This document shows, piece by piece, positions 45,406-59,532 of a DNA stretch of 64,000 nucleotides. The position numbers and the translations under genes are program-made. A model generated the notes under the pieces. That model did not search any database and was not told the origin of the DNA. It saw only the letters and a program-made list of their open reading frames with translations. Source of the stretch: Chrysomallon squamiferum (lineage: Eukaryota; Animalia; Mollusca); NCBI GenBank assembly GCA_012295275.1, contig CM022667.1, positions 17,174,001-17,238,000 of the forward strand. Direction: 5' to 3'. How positions within the stretch are numbered: the first letter of the stretch is position 1; every line of letters begins with the position of its first letter.

Positions 45406-46922
45406 ACTCTTCAAAACGATGCAGTAGCCGATGTGACGGTTTTACAAGAAATCGTAATGTTGGAAACTACTAAAAACTGATGTTTCATATAGCAACAAAA
45501 AATTTAACAATCTTTCATTTATTTTTATTTATTTTATTTTTTTTTTTTTTTGGATAAACCTGGCCTTTTTATAAATGTTCTTCTTTTTTATTTTCCTACC
45601 GCGTTTTTTCAATTTTCATACTTTTCTTTTCGCAGTTTTTATGTCTTGCAAACGTTCAAAGCAAAAAAATCTACTATTCATTATACTAGAGAAAAAAAAA
45701 AAGAAAAAAAAAAGTGTATATTAAAAAAATGCCGTTTTTTTTTTTTTTTTTTACCATTTTTTTTGTCTTTTCTTATTTTCCCTAATTTTTTTTTCTCTTT
45801 ATTTTTCATTGTTATTATATTTTTTTTAAACTTTTTTTTCCAACTCTTCCGCTCATAGAACAATCACCTGCTAGTTCTAAACCGTTCCTAATGACTTTAA
45901 CAGACCGGCTCAAGTTTTCGAGTTACACACCCTTTGGAATTCTTCAGTGTTGGAGGAAAGAAGCGATCAGTCAACGGCCGCCATGACGCGCATGAATACT
46001 TCCCGGGTGGCCCTCATATTACATATCATTCTTTTCACAGAGCGAGCTTCAGACTTTCGCTATTAATTAGAGTAAGCGGATAACTGCCTAACAAAGAAGT
46101 TTTTGTTCGTGGAAGTAACAGAACACGAATAGAGATAGACAGACAGACAGAATAGATAGAAAAATACACGAACGTACAAAATCGCGTATACGCGTATTTA
46201 AATATATAAATAGCCCGTAACTCATGCACATAAATAGATACAGAATTAACGCACAGCCATCTAAATATTTTAATAAATAAATTCAGAAAAATAAGCGTTT
46301 ACTTTAACATACGCGAAAAATACACGCTCTGGGTTTTCACACATATATCAAAAAAAAAAAAAAAAAAAAAAAAATAAATAAATAAATAAATGTTAAAAGA
46401 CTACGTTGAACAATGTTCTTTTTTTTTATGTTTCTTTTATTTTTTGTTCTTTTTATTTTTTTTTTTTTTTTTTTATTTTTTATTTTTTATTTTTTTTCTA
46501 TGGTTAAATGCTGTTTGAGAGTGGCTGGGAAATGAAAGGAACAAGAAGAAAAAAATAACCAGAAATAGAATGAAATAAAAAAATAAATAAATAAATAAAA
46601 AAGAGGGCGAAATAATATTTAAGTAATTGATTCAAATGGGTAAAGAAGCGAAAAATGTAATACGATTTTATTTTTACAGTTTTTTTTTTTTTTTTATTTT
46701 TTGTTGTTGGGGTTTTTTTTGTTGGTTTTTTTTTTTTTAAATTATTATTGAACTTTCCTTTCTTTTTTTTATCTGAAGGACATTTCATTTCAGATTAATT
46801 TATATATATATATATATTATTGTCTCTCAAGTGATTTTAAATAATATGTATGTCATCATCATCACCATTATCGTCACCATCATTTAGCATACTTTAGAGG
46901 CCCATATAATCTACTTCCAACA

Positions 46923-46995
<73 letters not shown>

Positions 46996-48244
46996 GCTGT
47001 ACGTGTCGCTGTTGCAGTAACAACACTTTACAAATCTAAATTTAAACACAGCGTTTTTAAAAACACTCACAAAAAAACCTTCCTTCGTACACGACGAAGG
47101 CAAAAGGATATTTCATTCAACGCTGCAACTTAATTATGAACTACGAGACGGAAATTTGTTACATATTTTAATATGATGGGTAAAAACCGTCTAACAAATT
47201 AGACGTCGGCCCCGCGGTTAATTACTCGTTACATAAACTAACTTGGTGATGGAAATAAAGGCAGTAAAACTGATTAAATTCTGTCGAACCTCTTAGAGAG
47301 TACTTTTAAATTTAATAACATGAAAGCCATACACTGGGCAATTAGATTTTTGCTGAAACAGACATGGATGTTGAGAGCGTTACTCACATAGTTTAATAAA
47401 ATATCACTTGAACTAATTATTAATGATAAATATAACTTTTTTTTTCTATGTATATTTCATGCCTGCGTTTGTTTGTTGCGTATATGTCTATAATTTGTTA
47501 GCTTATAATTATATGTATGTGTCTATTTGTATGTATGTATGTGTGAATGTCTGTATGTTCGTTTGCATGTCTGTCTATCTGTATGTATGTATACATATGT
47601 GTGTGTATGTGTGTGTGTGTGTGTGTGCTATGTATGTCTGTTTGTATGTCTCTTTGAATAAATAAATGAAATCAATTAATTCTCATTTTTTTTTAAAGAG
47701 ATATTTTTATAAGCTTTATTAACAACTTTTCTAGAATTAATGATTTTATAGTGTTATTTATTTTCCTTCTTATATCTTGAATAATAAAGAGATAAAAATA
47801 AAATTATTCATTTCTATTCAGTATTCAAGGTTTCTAACATTTGAAATATTATTACGCAACCTATTCAAGCGTGCATGTATGTTTGAACGTATGTATGTTC
47901 GTGTGTGTATGCATGTATATGCATTTATGTATGTATGTATGTATGTATATATGTATATATGTTCGTGTGTCTGTGTGTGTGTATGTATGCATTTATGTAT
48001 GTAGGTATGTATATATGTATGTATGTATGTTTGTATGAATGTAATACCTCTACGTTCAATGTGAACAAGATGACATGTTGAATTTGAATGCAAAATTTAA
48101 TTGTTTTTACACCACAATACAACATGTGCATGCACTAATAGATACTTTGTTAAAACAAACATAAAACTTTATTTCATTACTCAGATAACACTGATATCTT
48201 ATCGAAAAATGCAATCAAGTCCATTTACGTTCGGTTTTTTTACA

Positions 48245-48278
<34 letters not shown>

Positions 48279-49769
48279 TTTATCAGTTTATTTGTAGAAA
48301 AGTTAATTTTATTTGTATTTTTAAAAATAATTTTGTGATAATTTCGCGTGCTGGACGCCTGTACTGGTAACAATAAAAGTGACTTAATCAAACCAGCGTT
48401 TGAAAGTGTGCGTACGTGTGCGTACGTGGTTGAAAAACAGCTATCGTTTCTCAAACAAATATATAAATTATGCGGTGTTTTTATTTATTTTATTTTTATA
48501 GTTATTATTATTATTATTTTTTATTGTTAATAACAAATTGCTTGATGATGTATTTAATCAACTATTAACAAATCAACACCATAAACGTTTCCGGTGACAG
48601 AGGTAATCAATTACTTCAATACGAAATTAAGAATTACTGAACATTGCTCATTTAAAAACCAAAAACCAAAAACCAAATAATATTAATACTAATAATACTA
48701 TTACTACTACTACTACCACTACTACTACTACTTTTACTACTACTACTACTACTAATAATAATAATGAATAAAATTAATAATAAAATAAAATAAAATAAAA
48801 TAAAAATAAAATACGAAAATATGTATTAAAAAGAATATTATTGTAATAAATTTATTTGAAAGAAATAAATGACTTAAAATTAACTTAATGACTTAAATTT
48901 GATCTTAACAACATTTTATTACTGACGTTAACAACTTTATGTTAAATTTACATTAATAAATCATCAGTATTTGAAGTACGCAACCTCCTGAAAATGACAC
49001 GATCTTTCACTTTATATATATAAGAAATAAAGAAGGATAAATAAAAAGACGGCAATAAATGCTTCTATTTTTATTTATTTTTTTATTTTTTACGTCGTAG
49101 CTTTTTTCTTTTCTTTTTTTTATAATATCTTTGATCTGCTTTTGTTTCATTTTTGTTATTATTAAAGATTTTTTTAAATATAATTTTGTTTTAATTCATT
49201 ATTGTTGTTGTTATTATTATTATTATAATTATTATATAAATATAAATCAAATCTATCTATCTATATATATGTTAATAATAACAATTTATCAGACAACATA
49301 AATATTCATTTTTCTATTTTTTCTTTGCTTTATTTCGATAGTTTTACAAATATTTATTTAATGTATAATGTGAAATTACTTTCATCATTCTTAAGATTTC
49401 GTAATAGAATAAATAACATTTTTTGTTTGCATATGAACGCTATTCAAAAACATTATTGCGTTATAGTGCATTGTATTTAATCTACAATAATATAAAACAA
49501 GTTACATTTTGTCTTGAAACCTGTATTAAACTTTTGAATATCCTTTAACTTTTAACATGGTGATATATATCTTTTTCAATTTCAATTTCAATAAAACAAT
49601 ATTTACATTTGTAAAGAAAACTTTTATAATAAACGTTCGATTAAATAATAACTTGGAAAAGAAAAATAATAAAATTCTATTAACTAATTTAGATTTTATT
49701 TGCAAATGTATATTTCGGTACATTGTTAATGTACATAACTAAACAAATCAAACTGTGATTTGTACGGAC

Positions 49770-49831
49770 GTCAATGTAATGATAATAGTTATATAATTGT
49801 CAATGTAATGATAATAGTTATATAACTGTCA
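49770..49831 (+). repeat. 29-bp tandem duplication
   Basis: GTCAATGTAATGATAATAGTTATATAA(T/C)T at 49770 and 49799. Confidence 0.9.
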
Positions 49832-50902
49832 TTTGTAAAGGTATTAACTGTGTAAAAAAACATTTCTACATGCTGAATTTTGTATAGTTTATATTTTTTA
49901 ATAAATAAAATTTTCTTTTTTAAATAAATAAAATTTGTTTTAATGCCAGTTTTCACAAATATTGTGTACGATATTTAGCTGCACTATAAATAAGTAATAA
50001 TTTTATATAAATTGTACACGATATTTAGATACTTCGATTCTATAATTATTTTAATATTTACATATAATGATTATATACTTGATTCTATGTTGTAATATTT
50101 ATTTTAACTGTTATTTGGATATACAGCCATTGAATGTTTGATTCTATTTCATTCCTTATGATAATATTTATGTTAATTATAATTCGCACTTGTACCGAAA
50201 CAAGATAATAATTACATGCTAGAATATGTAACATTGTCGTATTTGTTTATCTACACTGAAATTTTACAGATAATTATTTGACTGTTTAATTGTTTGATAT
50301 TGTTTACCAAACCGTTAGCAGATACGAACCGTACATCGCAACATTCATCTAAACCTCAAATGAAAAATTTTCCATACACAAAACCACGGTCATTATTATA
50401 GATTATGAAACAGAAATATAATTTAGTCAAGAAAAATGATGATGATGATGATGATGATGATGAAAATGATGCTGATGATACTGATGATGATAATGACAGC
50501 AATGTGAAGCTAAATAATATTTTAAAACTTTTTTCTCTTCTTATTATTTTCTTCTCCAAAATAAACTTTTTCAAGTGATCTATTTAAAATTTCAGCTTTC
50601 TAACATTTATGTATCAATATCTACTTAAAATGCATGCATCATAAATTAAATGACTTTTTATTTTTTTAGCAATATGCTCAGAGAATAATTTATTTAAAAT
50701 AAATATTTGCTATATGTAAAATAATTTATCTAAACAGTTATTTATTACTTGTGTAATAGAAGAGAAGTTAACGCAAATTTTAATTTATTTTTAAATTATT
50801 TATTCGCGGTGGAATACACTTAAACACATTAATCATAAAAACAGTGGCATGCTTACCAATCCGTTTTGAAATATATGTTCGTTATTTAATAATAACAAAT
50901 AC

Positions 50903-50938
<36 letters not shown>

Positions 50939-51359
50939 GTTGTTAAATAACTTATTTACGAAATAGTCTGACTCACAGTACTTAGATTAGAATGTAAATA
51001 TGTAAGATATATTTGCAATGCAGAATAATATATTTATACATTTATTATCAAGATTTTATTGTTTTTAAACAGCTTTGTTGAATAGTTCGTTCATCAAAAT
51101 ATTCATAAACTCGAATAAATAAATAAATAAATAATAGGTTTGGTTTAATTTCCTTCAAGGAAATGTATCATTAATGCTATTCACATCTTACACGCGTTAA
51201 AGGCTATATTCAATAACAATAACAATAATAATAATAATATCTACATTATTGATTAGATAATGTAATGAAAATAATGTATCATTAACGTTATTCAAATCCA
51301 ACCCATATAAAACTCTACCGCTAATAATAATAATAATAGGACGAAGAAGAAGAAGAAGA

Positions 51360-51900
51360 AGACGTTATCGTTCTTCTAATTCGGGATACACCAGTACATA
51401 GTCTTCAACTCATTTCAGTCTCTTTTCATTAAAAGCGTAACAGCTAACAATGCCGGGTTCAGCCTCTTCTTGCCAGCGATAATAGTTTCCCAACGACTGG
51501 CTGTGATTAACTGCGACATGCAGACACCAAACGGCGTTATCAGCCTAATCATACTTAACACGTGCGTTCATCGCAAATAGTTCCCCAACTCCACGTTAAT
51601 TACTTTATCTCGGCTTCATCGCCGGACCCCCTGATTAGCTAATGATCGGCCGAGGCAGTAAGAGTTTCGACGAAAATCACCGCCGCCGTCTCCATAAAGT
51701 TTTAAACCTTCTGGGACGGCTACGTCTTAGAGGACGTCAGAACTGACATCCGCGTAAAAAGGAGAGCGACATTGCAGACATATTTGCAAGCGTACAGCCC
51801 GGCGTCCTAGCACTATCTGATTGAATAAAAGAACGCAGGGACATATATTTACATGGTCGTCACTTTTATTTATTTACGTTGCTTCGCTTTATCGCTAACA
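51360..51900. promoter_or_regulatory. Candidate 3' enhancer of FoxC
   Basis: Complex, CpG-rich non-coding island about 3.7 kb downstream of the FoxC stop, with clustered TAAT/TAATC and GATAA/TTATC cores, flanked by simple repeats. Confidence 0.35.
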
Positions 51901-52035
51901 CCTTAAGCTTATTGAGAAACCTTTTTTTTTCTTTTTTTTTTCTTCTTTTATTCTTTTGGAAAGGCTTTTCATATCCCACGCGCTTTTAGGAGAACTCATT
52001 AATATATCTGTGTGTGTGTGTGTGTGTGTGTGTGT

Positions 52036-52081
<46 letters not shown>

Positions 52082-52425
52082 TAGGGTTTAGGCTGTTCAT
52101 TTGTCTGTATCTGTGTGTGTTTGAACTGTATATAAGACAACTTTAAATTAATTAAGATCATTGTCTTCAGAAAACAAAGCATCTGTATTAGTTATTTAAA
52201 ACAATAATTTAAAAAATGACAACATAAATAATTAAATAAATAATTAAGTAAATAAATATATGTATAAGCAGAAAGATAAAGAGATAGATATAGATACATC
52301 AAAGAATAATAATAAAGTCACTGAGATTATAAATTACAATAATTATGATGATGATGATTATAATGGTGAAAAATTATAATGATCATGAAACAGTATTATT
52401 GTTATTATCATTATTATTATTATTA

Positions 52426-52471
<46 letters not shown>

Positions 52472-52661
52472 TGTTATCGGGTTGTTTTGTTTTTTCTGGA
52501 GTTTTTTTTTTTTTTTCTTAAAATTTAAATAATGTTTCTGATTATTTATATTTTGTAATATATATATATATATTTATCTCAAATGTCATCTGTACTTGTA
52601 TGGATTACTTCATTACCATCTTATCATTGCTAATTCTTTTTTTAAATTTTAAATTTTATTG

Positions 52662-52706
<45 letters not shown>

Positions 52707-53223
52707 TAATTTGTATTATTATTATTACTTTTTGTTTGTTTGTTTGTTTCTTTTTTAGCTAAGAGTATATAAATAACAATACAAATTTTAATATATAATA
52801 ATACAAAAAAGACTAAAAGAACAAAACAAAAAACAAAAAACCCCATTAAAATATAAACAAAATACAAAAACTCATCCCCACCTTAGCTGCCTCGCCCCCC
52901 TTTCGAGAAAAATAAGAACCGAAACAAATTAATATTAATAAATAAATTCGTTTATGTTTACAAGTTAATCGTTATTTTCAATTATGTGGAATTAGTGGAG
53001 AGCTCAATAATAATTAAAATTTGAAAACTGACACCGCGTTTGGCATTATTATTGTTATATAAATATTTATGTACTGTAAACTTTACCAGTTTTTGTTTAT
53101 AGCATTGAAGATATAAAATTTAAATTAACGGTTACAAATTCTTTCCGTTAAACAAATACTTGATAGGATCATTCACTGTTTAAAGTTTCTAACAACAATA
53201 ATAATAATAAACATAATAATAAT

Positions 53224-53256
<33 letters not shown>

Positions 53257-53538
53257 CATAATAATAATAAACATAATAATAATTATAATAATAATAAACA
53301 TAATAATAATTATAACAGTATTAATATTATATATTATTTGTGCAGTAATAATTATAATTTAGAAGTTGAAGAAGTAGTAGTATATGTAGTAACAGTTTTA
53401 GTAACACGATGGCAATGTTTATAGGTGCTGCAACAACAACATCACCAGCGTAGTGGATTTGTATAAATTGTAGAAAATTTAGTGGTGGAAATGTTTCGAA
53501 TGAAAACAAACAAACAAAGAAACAAATAAATAAACAAA

Positions 53539-53589
<51 letters not shown>

Positions 53590-54030
53590 GTAAAAACATT
53601 AATCCAGTAAATAAACCTACGATCTCTGTTTGTGACAATGAATTAAGAAGAATTACATGTATTTCTTTTTTCCTCTCTTGTTTGCGAGGAAACGTTTGAC
53701 GTATTTATAAATTCTGGTTCATGCTTGGAAATAATCATTCTTGCGCTCACAAGAAGCAGGTGAACAAAAAAAAAAAGAAAGAAAGAAAGAAATCTCAGCT
53801 ATTATTTTCATCGTTAATACGATAAACCGCTCACTGTTACAAGCGAAAACAACAATTTGTCGAAGCAAGCCAGGTTTGTGCTTTAAGAACCACTCAACGA
53901 GATAAAGACTAAAATTTTACATGTTTATTACTATCAGTGATAATATGATTGGTGCTAATACAAAATGATTGGGCGGTGCAATGAACCGCCAAATAAAGCA
54001 CAGCCGCATTAATAAAAAGTAAAAAAAGAA

Positions 54031-54096
<66 letters not shown>

Positions 54097-54168
54097 AATA
54101 AATAAAGAAAGAAAGAAAAAAAAGAAAAAAAAAGGAAAAGAAAATTTATATTTAAAAGACTTGACAGC

Positions 54169-54212
<44 letters not shown>

Positions 54213-54447
54213 TAATAATAATAATTTAATAAATAAAATAATAATAATTAAAATAATAATAATAATTTAATAAATAAATAATAGAATTAAAAAGTGAAAA
54301 TGTATGTACATTTGGCGGACATAAAAAGAAATAAAAAATGAAATAGATTTATCTATTTCTTGACAAAATCAATACTAGATAATTAATAATAACCATCGAA
54401 CGCCCTAAATAACCTTAGCAGATTTGTTTGTAAATTAAAATTAATCA

Positions 54448-54502
<55 letters not shown>

Positions 54503-54696
54503 TCACATTAACCGAAACGGAATTCGAGCATTTTTTTTTAACAGCACATTTAATCCGATTATAAAATGCGAAAAAAAAAAAAAGACGGAGTAATAATAAA
54601 AAAAAAAAAAAATGAAAATGAAATGAAATTTGAAACATTTTGGCCCTATTTTATTTCATTGTGTTTAAATAATATAATTAATCATTAAATAGAAAA

Positions 54697-54760
<64 letters not shown>

Positions 54761-55021
54761 AAAAATAATAATAATAATAATAAAAATACACTTGGAACTT
54801 CGAATTTTAATGGCTAAAGTGACATTTTTTAATATTTTAAAACAGTTCATAATAAACAAAATGTATAGCATTATTCAAAAAATGAAAAAAACGTATAATC
54901 TGCTAATTATACCTTTATAGAACACATTAATATCATATTCACTTCTTTTTTGATTGCAAAAAGTTGAAAAATTAAAAATAAAAAACAAAAAATTAAAATG
55001 AATGAATGAGCATTAAGCAAT

Positions 55022-55082
<61 letters not shown>

Positions 55083-55339
55083 AAAATCTAGTGAAGAATG
55101 TTTAAAATAATACTCGAATAATATTAACAACAATAATGAAAACATGTTAACATGAATATTAATAAAACAGCAGAATGATAATGATGATTGTTAGCACGCT
55201 CGCTATTTAATGGAATAAAATTCATCCTACCTTTAAAGATGGAAAAATCCGTCCCAAAAACCCAAGAAAATTGAATACTGAACAAATTTAGTTTATATTG
55301 TGTGTGTATGTCTTCTTGTTCTTTTTTATGTTATATATA

Positions 55340-55345
55340 TTTATT
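55340..55345 (-). promoter_or_regulatory. Candidate FoxC polyadenylation signal AATAAA
   Basis: TTTATT on the plus strand about 250 nt past the stop codon. The region is AT-rich, so more distal signals are equally possible. Confidence 0.3.
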
Positions 55346-55596
55346 TGTTTTCCCCTGAATCGGCGACAACCGTACAAGAAATTCTTTGAAAAAAAAATAC
55401 ACACACACACAGCTGAAATTCACACTGTTCTTTGGAATTTCATATTTCACTTGAAATTGAGTCAGGAAAACATACAACACTGAAGTTCTCTAGCTGTCTT
55501 CATGATGAAAAAAATAAAAATAAAAAAATTCTTTCCTGCACGTGCAGCTCTACAAGAACCATTGCTGTCAAAAACTGCGAAGAAGTGTAAAATAAA

Positions 55597-57069
55597 CTAG
55601 AACTTTGTGCAGTCGTACGCGTAGGGGCTGCTGGATTTGTACGGCGCCCTAAAAGCGGCAAGCTGGCAGCTGGATCCGCCCTGCGCCTGCCCCGTTTGTG
55701 AAGATAGAAGTCTTTGAGAGTCAAACATTTCCCTCATGTAAGGGGATGTAGTAAAATCTGCCCCGTGGTTGATGTCGGCCGTCGGGGGCATGTACCATCC
55801 GTTGTGACGGGAGTACGCCCCGGCGCCTCCCTGCGACATAGAGAAAACACTGGGATTTAGTCCGTTCGTCTGGGAGAGGGTCGTGTGAGGGGAGTGGCCC
55901 CCGTTCCCTTCGTCCCCACCGGTCGCGCACTGCGGCGGTGCTATGGACATATGCTGAGAGCTCGACATGTGTCCCGGTGCGGCAGTTGTGCCGGACGTCG
56001 AGTTGGGAAACACGGGTTGAGCAGCACAGGGGTAGTTGTACGACGACGTGACGTTCTGCGTGCACGACGACACTGACGACGACGAATTCCTGTATATATC
56101 TGAAGGTCTTGAGTAGGGCAGAACATGAGGAGAAACCAGAGGGGGCGGGCGCGCCGTCACGAAAGTACTGGCTACCCCGAGGTCGCAGTTGGGTGTCGGG
56201 TGGTTCGACGTCATCAGGTTTTCAACAGAAAAACTCGTCGGGGTCGGATCCATAACGGGGTCGGGTGGAATGGGTAACGTATTGCTGGTGTTGGGTCGCA
56301 GACCGGTTAGACAGTCAGTTTTCGGCGAATCCGCGGGCTCAATTTTCGCGTGGTGTAGAACTGGCGACACCGACTTTTCCTCTTTCACCTTGTCCTGCAG
56401 GTCCGACAACTCGCTGCTGCTCGAGTTGTGCATTTCGCCGTTCCTGTCATCGTCGACGTCGTAGTTTTTCATCTTGTCCTCGTCCAGCTGCAGGTTCTTC
56501 TCCTCCGACTCCTTGTCAACGTGCGCCTTCTTTTTGAACCTACGACGCCTCCTTAGATAACTTCCATTATCGAACATGTTGTAGCTATCCGGGTCCAGTG
56601 TCCAGTAACTTCCTTTTCCTGGTTTCTTGTCGTCTCGGGCTATTTTAACAAAACACTCGTTCAGCGACAGATTGTGACGAATGCTGTTCTGCCAGCCCTG
56701 TTTGTTTTCCCTGTAAAACGGAAATCTGTCCATGATAAACTGATATATTCCATTCAACGTCACCTTTTTGTCCGGGGTGCTCTGAATCGCCATGGCAATG
56801 AGAGCGATGTAACTGTACGGCGGCTTCACCAGGTCCTTGTTGGCGTGGTGCTGGGTGGTGTACGGCGAGTACGGGGAGGGTCGGGCCACAGAGTACTGGT
56901 CGTGGCCGTACATAGACATCCCTCCCATCGCCATCCCCGCGTAGCCGCCGTGTCTGTAGTAGTTCTGGTCACCGAACAGCGCGGCGGGAACCATTCCCAG
57001 TGTGGGGCCATTGGAGATGCCGGCGACGCCTGACGTCGGGTACGACGGCTGCAACCCGTTCGCCTGCAT
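55597..57069 (-). CDS. FoxC: Forkhead box C transcription factor (FoxC / crocodile orthologue), single coding exon, 490 aa
   Basis: Uninterrupted GC-rich ORF with a forkhead domain [97 protein letters not shown] (about 56530-56829). FoxC-diagnostic flanks are the N-terminal MQA...MVP...QNYYR...DQY...PYSPY...KDLVKPP and the C-terminal [14 protein letters not shown] and YAYDCTKF-stop. The ORF track starts at a TTG (57153); the first in-frame ATG is at 57069 (gacATG, purine at -3) and matches the MQA start of vertebrate FOXC proteins. Confidence 0.97.
   Translation of the reverse strand: MQANGLQPSYPTSGVAGISNGPTLGMVPAALFGDQNYYRHGGYAGMAMGGMSMYGHDQYSVARPSPYSPYTTQHHANKDLVKPPYSYIALIAMAIQSTPDKKVTLNGIYQFIMDRFPFYRENKQGWQNSIRHNLSLNECFVKIARDDKKPGKGSYWTLDPDSYNMFDNGSYLRRRRRFKKKAHVDKESEEKNLQLDEDKMKNYDVDDDRNGEMHNSSSSELSDLQDKVKEEKSVSPVLHHAKIEPADSPKTDCLTGLRPNTSNTLPIPPDPVMDPTPTSFSVENLMTSNHPTPNCDLGVASTFVTARPPPLVSPHVLPYSRPSDIYRNSSSSVSSCTQNVTSSYNYPCAAQPVFPNSTSGTTAAPGHMSSSQHMSIAPPQCATGGDEGNGGHSPHTTLSQTNGLNPSVFSMSQGGAGAYSRHNGWYMPPTADINHGADFTTSPYMREMFDSQRLLSSQTGQAQGGSSCQLAAFRAPYKSSSPYAYDCTKF
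56212..56232 (-). other. eh1-like Groucho/TLE-interaction motif (FSVENLM) within FoxC
   Basis: Translation SFSVENLM C-terminal to the forkhead domain fits the FSIxxIL/M eh1 pattern known from FoxC and other Fox classes. Confidence 0.8.
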
Positions 57070-57419
57070 GTCCCTCCACTCATGCGGTACACGGCGAAAA
57101 ATGCAGGCAGCCACAGTGTAAGTTTTCGTGAACAACAACGACGACGACAACAACAGTCTTCTTCTTTTTTTAAAGCAATAAAATGTTCACTTGTTTGAGG
57201 TTAAGTTCGTTGCGTTACTATCCGATGTTTTAACGTCTGTTTCTTTCCAAGTCTGTTTTGCTCAGCTGGTTTGTCGTCTGCTTCGATCAGACTATTCTAC
57301 GTTTGCTGTATACTCAACGTTTGTTCGTCGTTTACCACGATCAGTTCCTTTTGACTTCTGCTAAAACGACCCGGTCTGTCTGCACTATTCGACAATCTTC
57401 CGTACTATTCGACAATAAA

Positions 57420-57600
57420 CAGACATCAATGCCGGCTGGTGCAGCTTCTATTCACCATATACGGTTGCAAGCTCCGCCCATGCTGCTACGTCGCCCAATC
57501 AAACCGCACATCGTCTTTTGTCTGACATAAGTGTTACTCCGCCTTTTTTAAAACCCAGCGTGTCGGTGTCGGAGCCGCCAGAGAGAACACTTTTGATGAA
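57420..57600 (-). promoter_or_regulatory. Probable FoxC proximal promoter
   Basis: It lies directly upstream of a ~340-nt stretch with no minus-strand ATG (57084-57423, consistent with a 5' UTR). It contains CArG/TATA-like CCATATACGG (57455-57464), GC box CCGCCC (57474-57479) and CCAAT (57495-57499), and is CpG-rich. The TSS cannot be fixed from sequence alone. Confidence 0.6.
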
Positions 57601-57939
57601 AACATAAATTAATTGCCGATTTCTGTTAGATATTTTCAATGGTGTAAAAAGGAAGAAAAAAAAAAAGAAAAAAAAGTAGAGAAAAAAGAAAATTAAGAAA
57701 AATTTTGGCTGCAGAACACAAATATAACCCAGTCCGCCCTGTTCATAGGTTTATTCCCGGATAGATTTTCATCCGCTTTACGCCCAATGTTTTCTTTCCA
57801 GATGTGGTTTTCGAGTACCTACTCGAGACAATTTGTATATAAAACGATTATACTCAATTGGGAATGATATTTATTCGCTACACACTTTGAAAGATAGCGC
57901 TGTCACTGGGTGCAAAACTTGACAGTTTCGATACTTTCT

Positions 57940-57942
<3 letters not shown>

Positions 57943-58028
<86 letters not shown>
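57943..58028 (+). repeat. (GA)n microsatellite upstream of FoxC
   Basis: Directly visible. Confidence 0.95.
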
Positions 58029-58035
<7 letters not shown>

Positions 58036-58946
58036 GAAAGAAAACAAGAGGAAAGAGAGAAGATTCATAAAGCTTTATTAATTTTATTTCTTTTGGATTA
58101 TAATTTTTAAAACAGGGAAAAGGAAAAGAAGGAAAGGTGAAGAATGATCAAAACAGAATGAACGAAGGAAGGAATTGAAAAGGTAAAATAAAAACTGATT
58201 TTTTTAATATTCTATGTTGGATAAAATTATATAAATAAATAAAAAACGCATTTAAACTAATTCATAAATATTTAAATAAATTGACCAACCAACCAACAAA
58301 CAAATAAACAAACAAATAAACAAACACACACAAAAAAACAACAACACACAAGCAAATAAATAAATAAATAAATAAATAAATAAACATACAAATAAATAAG
58401 ATAAACAAATAAACCACAAATGCAACTACATCAATAAATAAATAATTATAAACGAAACCTAATAATGTAAAAACTGAAATAATTAACAGAAATATAAAAC
58501 ATATATTAACAAAACGAATAATAATAACAATAAGATGATTATGATAACAAGGCTGTTTATGATGGTGATTATGATAACGTTAACAGTAATAAAGAAAGAA
58601 AAAGAAAAATATAAAATTTTATAAAACGTGAAATAAAATAAAGGATTAGACAAAGAAAACGGTAGAGAAAAAAAGGAGAAATCTATTTCATCTTTGAAAG
58701 CAGTGGGCCAACTCAGGATTATGAAAGAAAACCTATCACTAGCCTGTCCCTCGGGCCTTTCATTCCCAGCGTTCTGTTCGGCTTACACACGTCATTGTTC
58801 CTTCCAGTTAGACGAATAACTCCACCATGTGGCAAATATTAACAAGACTGGGGAATAGGCTTAAATTACTCTCACATTTTCCTTGTATAAAAATTCTTCA
58901 AATGCGACTCCGCGAAATCGGAAAGCAATGCGAAATGGTGGGCTGA

Positions 58947-58950
<4 letters not shown>

Positions 58951-59030
<80 letters not shown>
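58951..59030 (+). repeat. (TC)n microsatellite upstream of FoxC
   Basis: Directly visible. Confidence 0.95.
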
Positions 59031-59034
<4 letters not shown>

Positions 59035-59118
59035 GCCCTCTCTTTCAGTTAAATTCTTTGAAAGAAAATAAATAATGTTATTGTTGCTGCTGTTGATGTT
59101 GTTGATATTAATAATTAA

Positions 59119-59166
<48 letters not shown>

Positions 59167-59494
59167 TTTGACGAAATATAAGAAAACATAAAAATGATAT
59201 AATTATCAAATGCAAAATTATATAAATACTGAAATAAGAAATCCGTAACAAAAACACGCTATACACTCATATACTCATATATATATATACACATAATCAT
59301 ACATATATATACATGCATATATACACACCTTTATACATGAAAAGAAATTAAATACATATTTAAACAAAGCAAACAAATAAATAAATAATAAGGATGATCG
59401 TCATTATGTTCAACGGCATCATCATTATCATAACAATAACAATAGCAATAATAATAACGACAACAACAATAATAATAATAACAACAACAACAAC

Positions 59495-59532
<38 letters not shown>

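Noticed and set aside
55500-57033. Several 60-120 aa antisense and alternative-frame ORFs over FoxC
   Set aside because: Expected by-products of GC-rich, stop-poor coding sequence; no recognisable domains.
57070-57153. 28-aa N-terminal extension of FoxC given by the ORF track (MLSSSLL...)
   Set aside because: It begins at TTG, not ATG, and lies before the conserved MQA start, so it is most likely 5' UTR. A non-AUG extension cannot be excluded without ribosome profiling.
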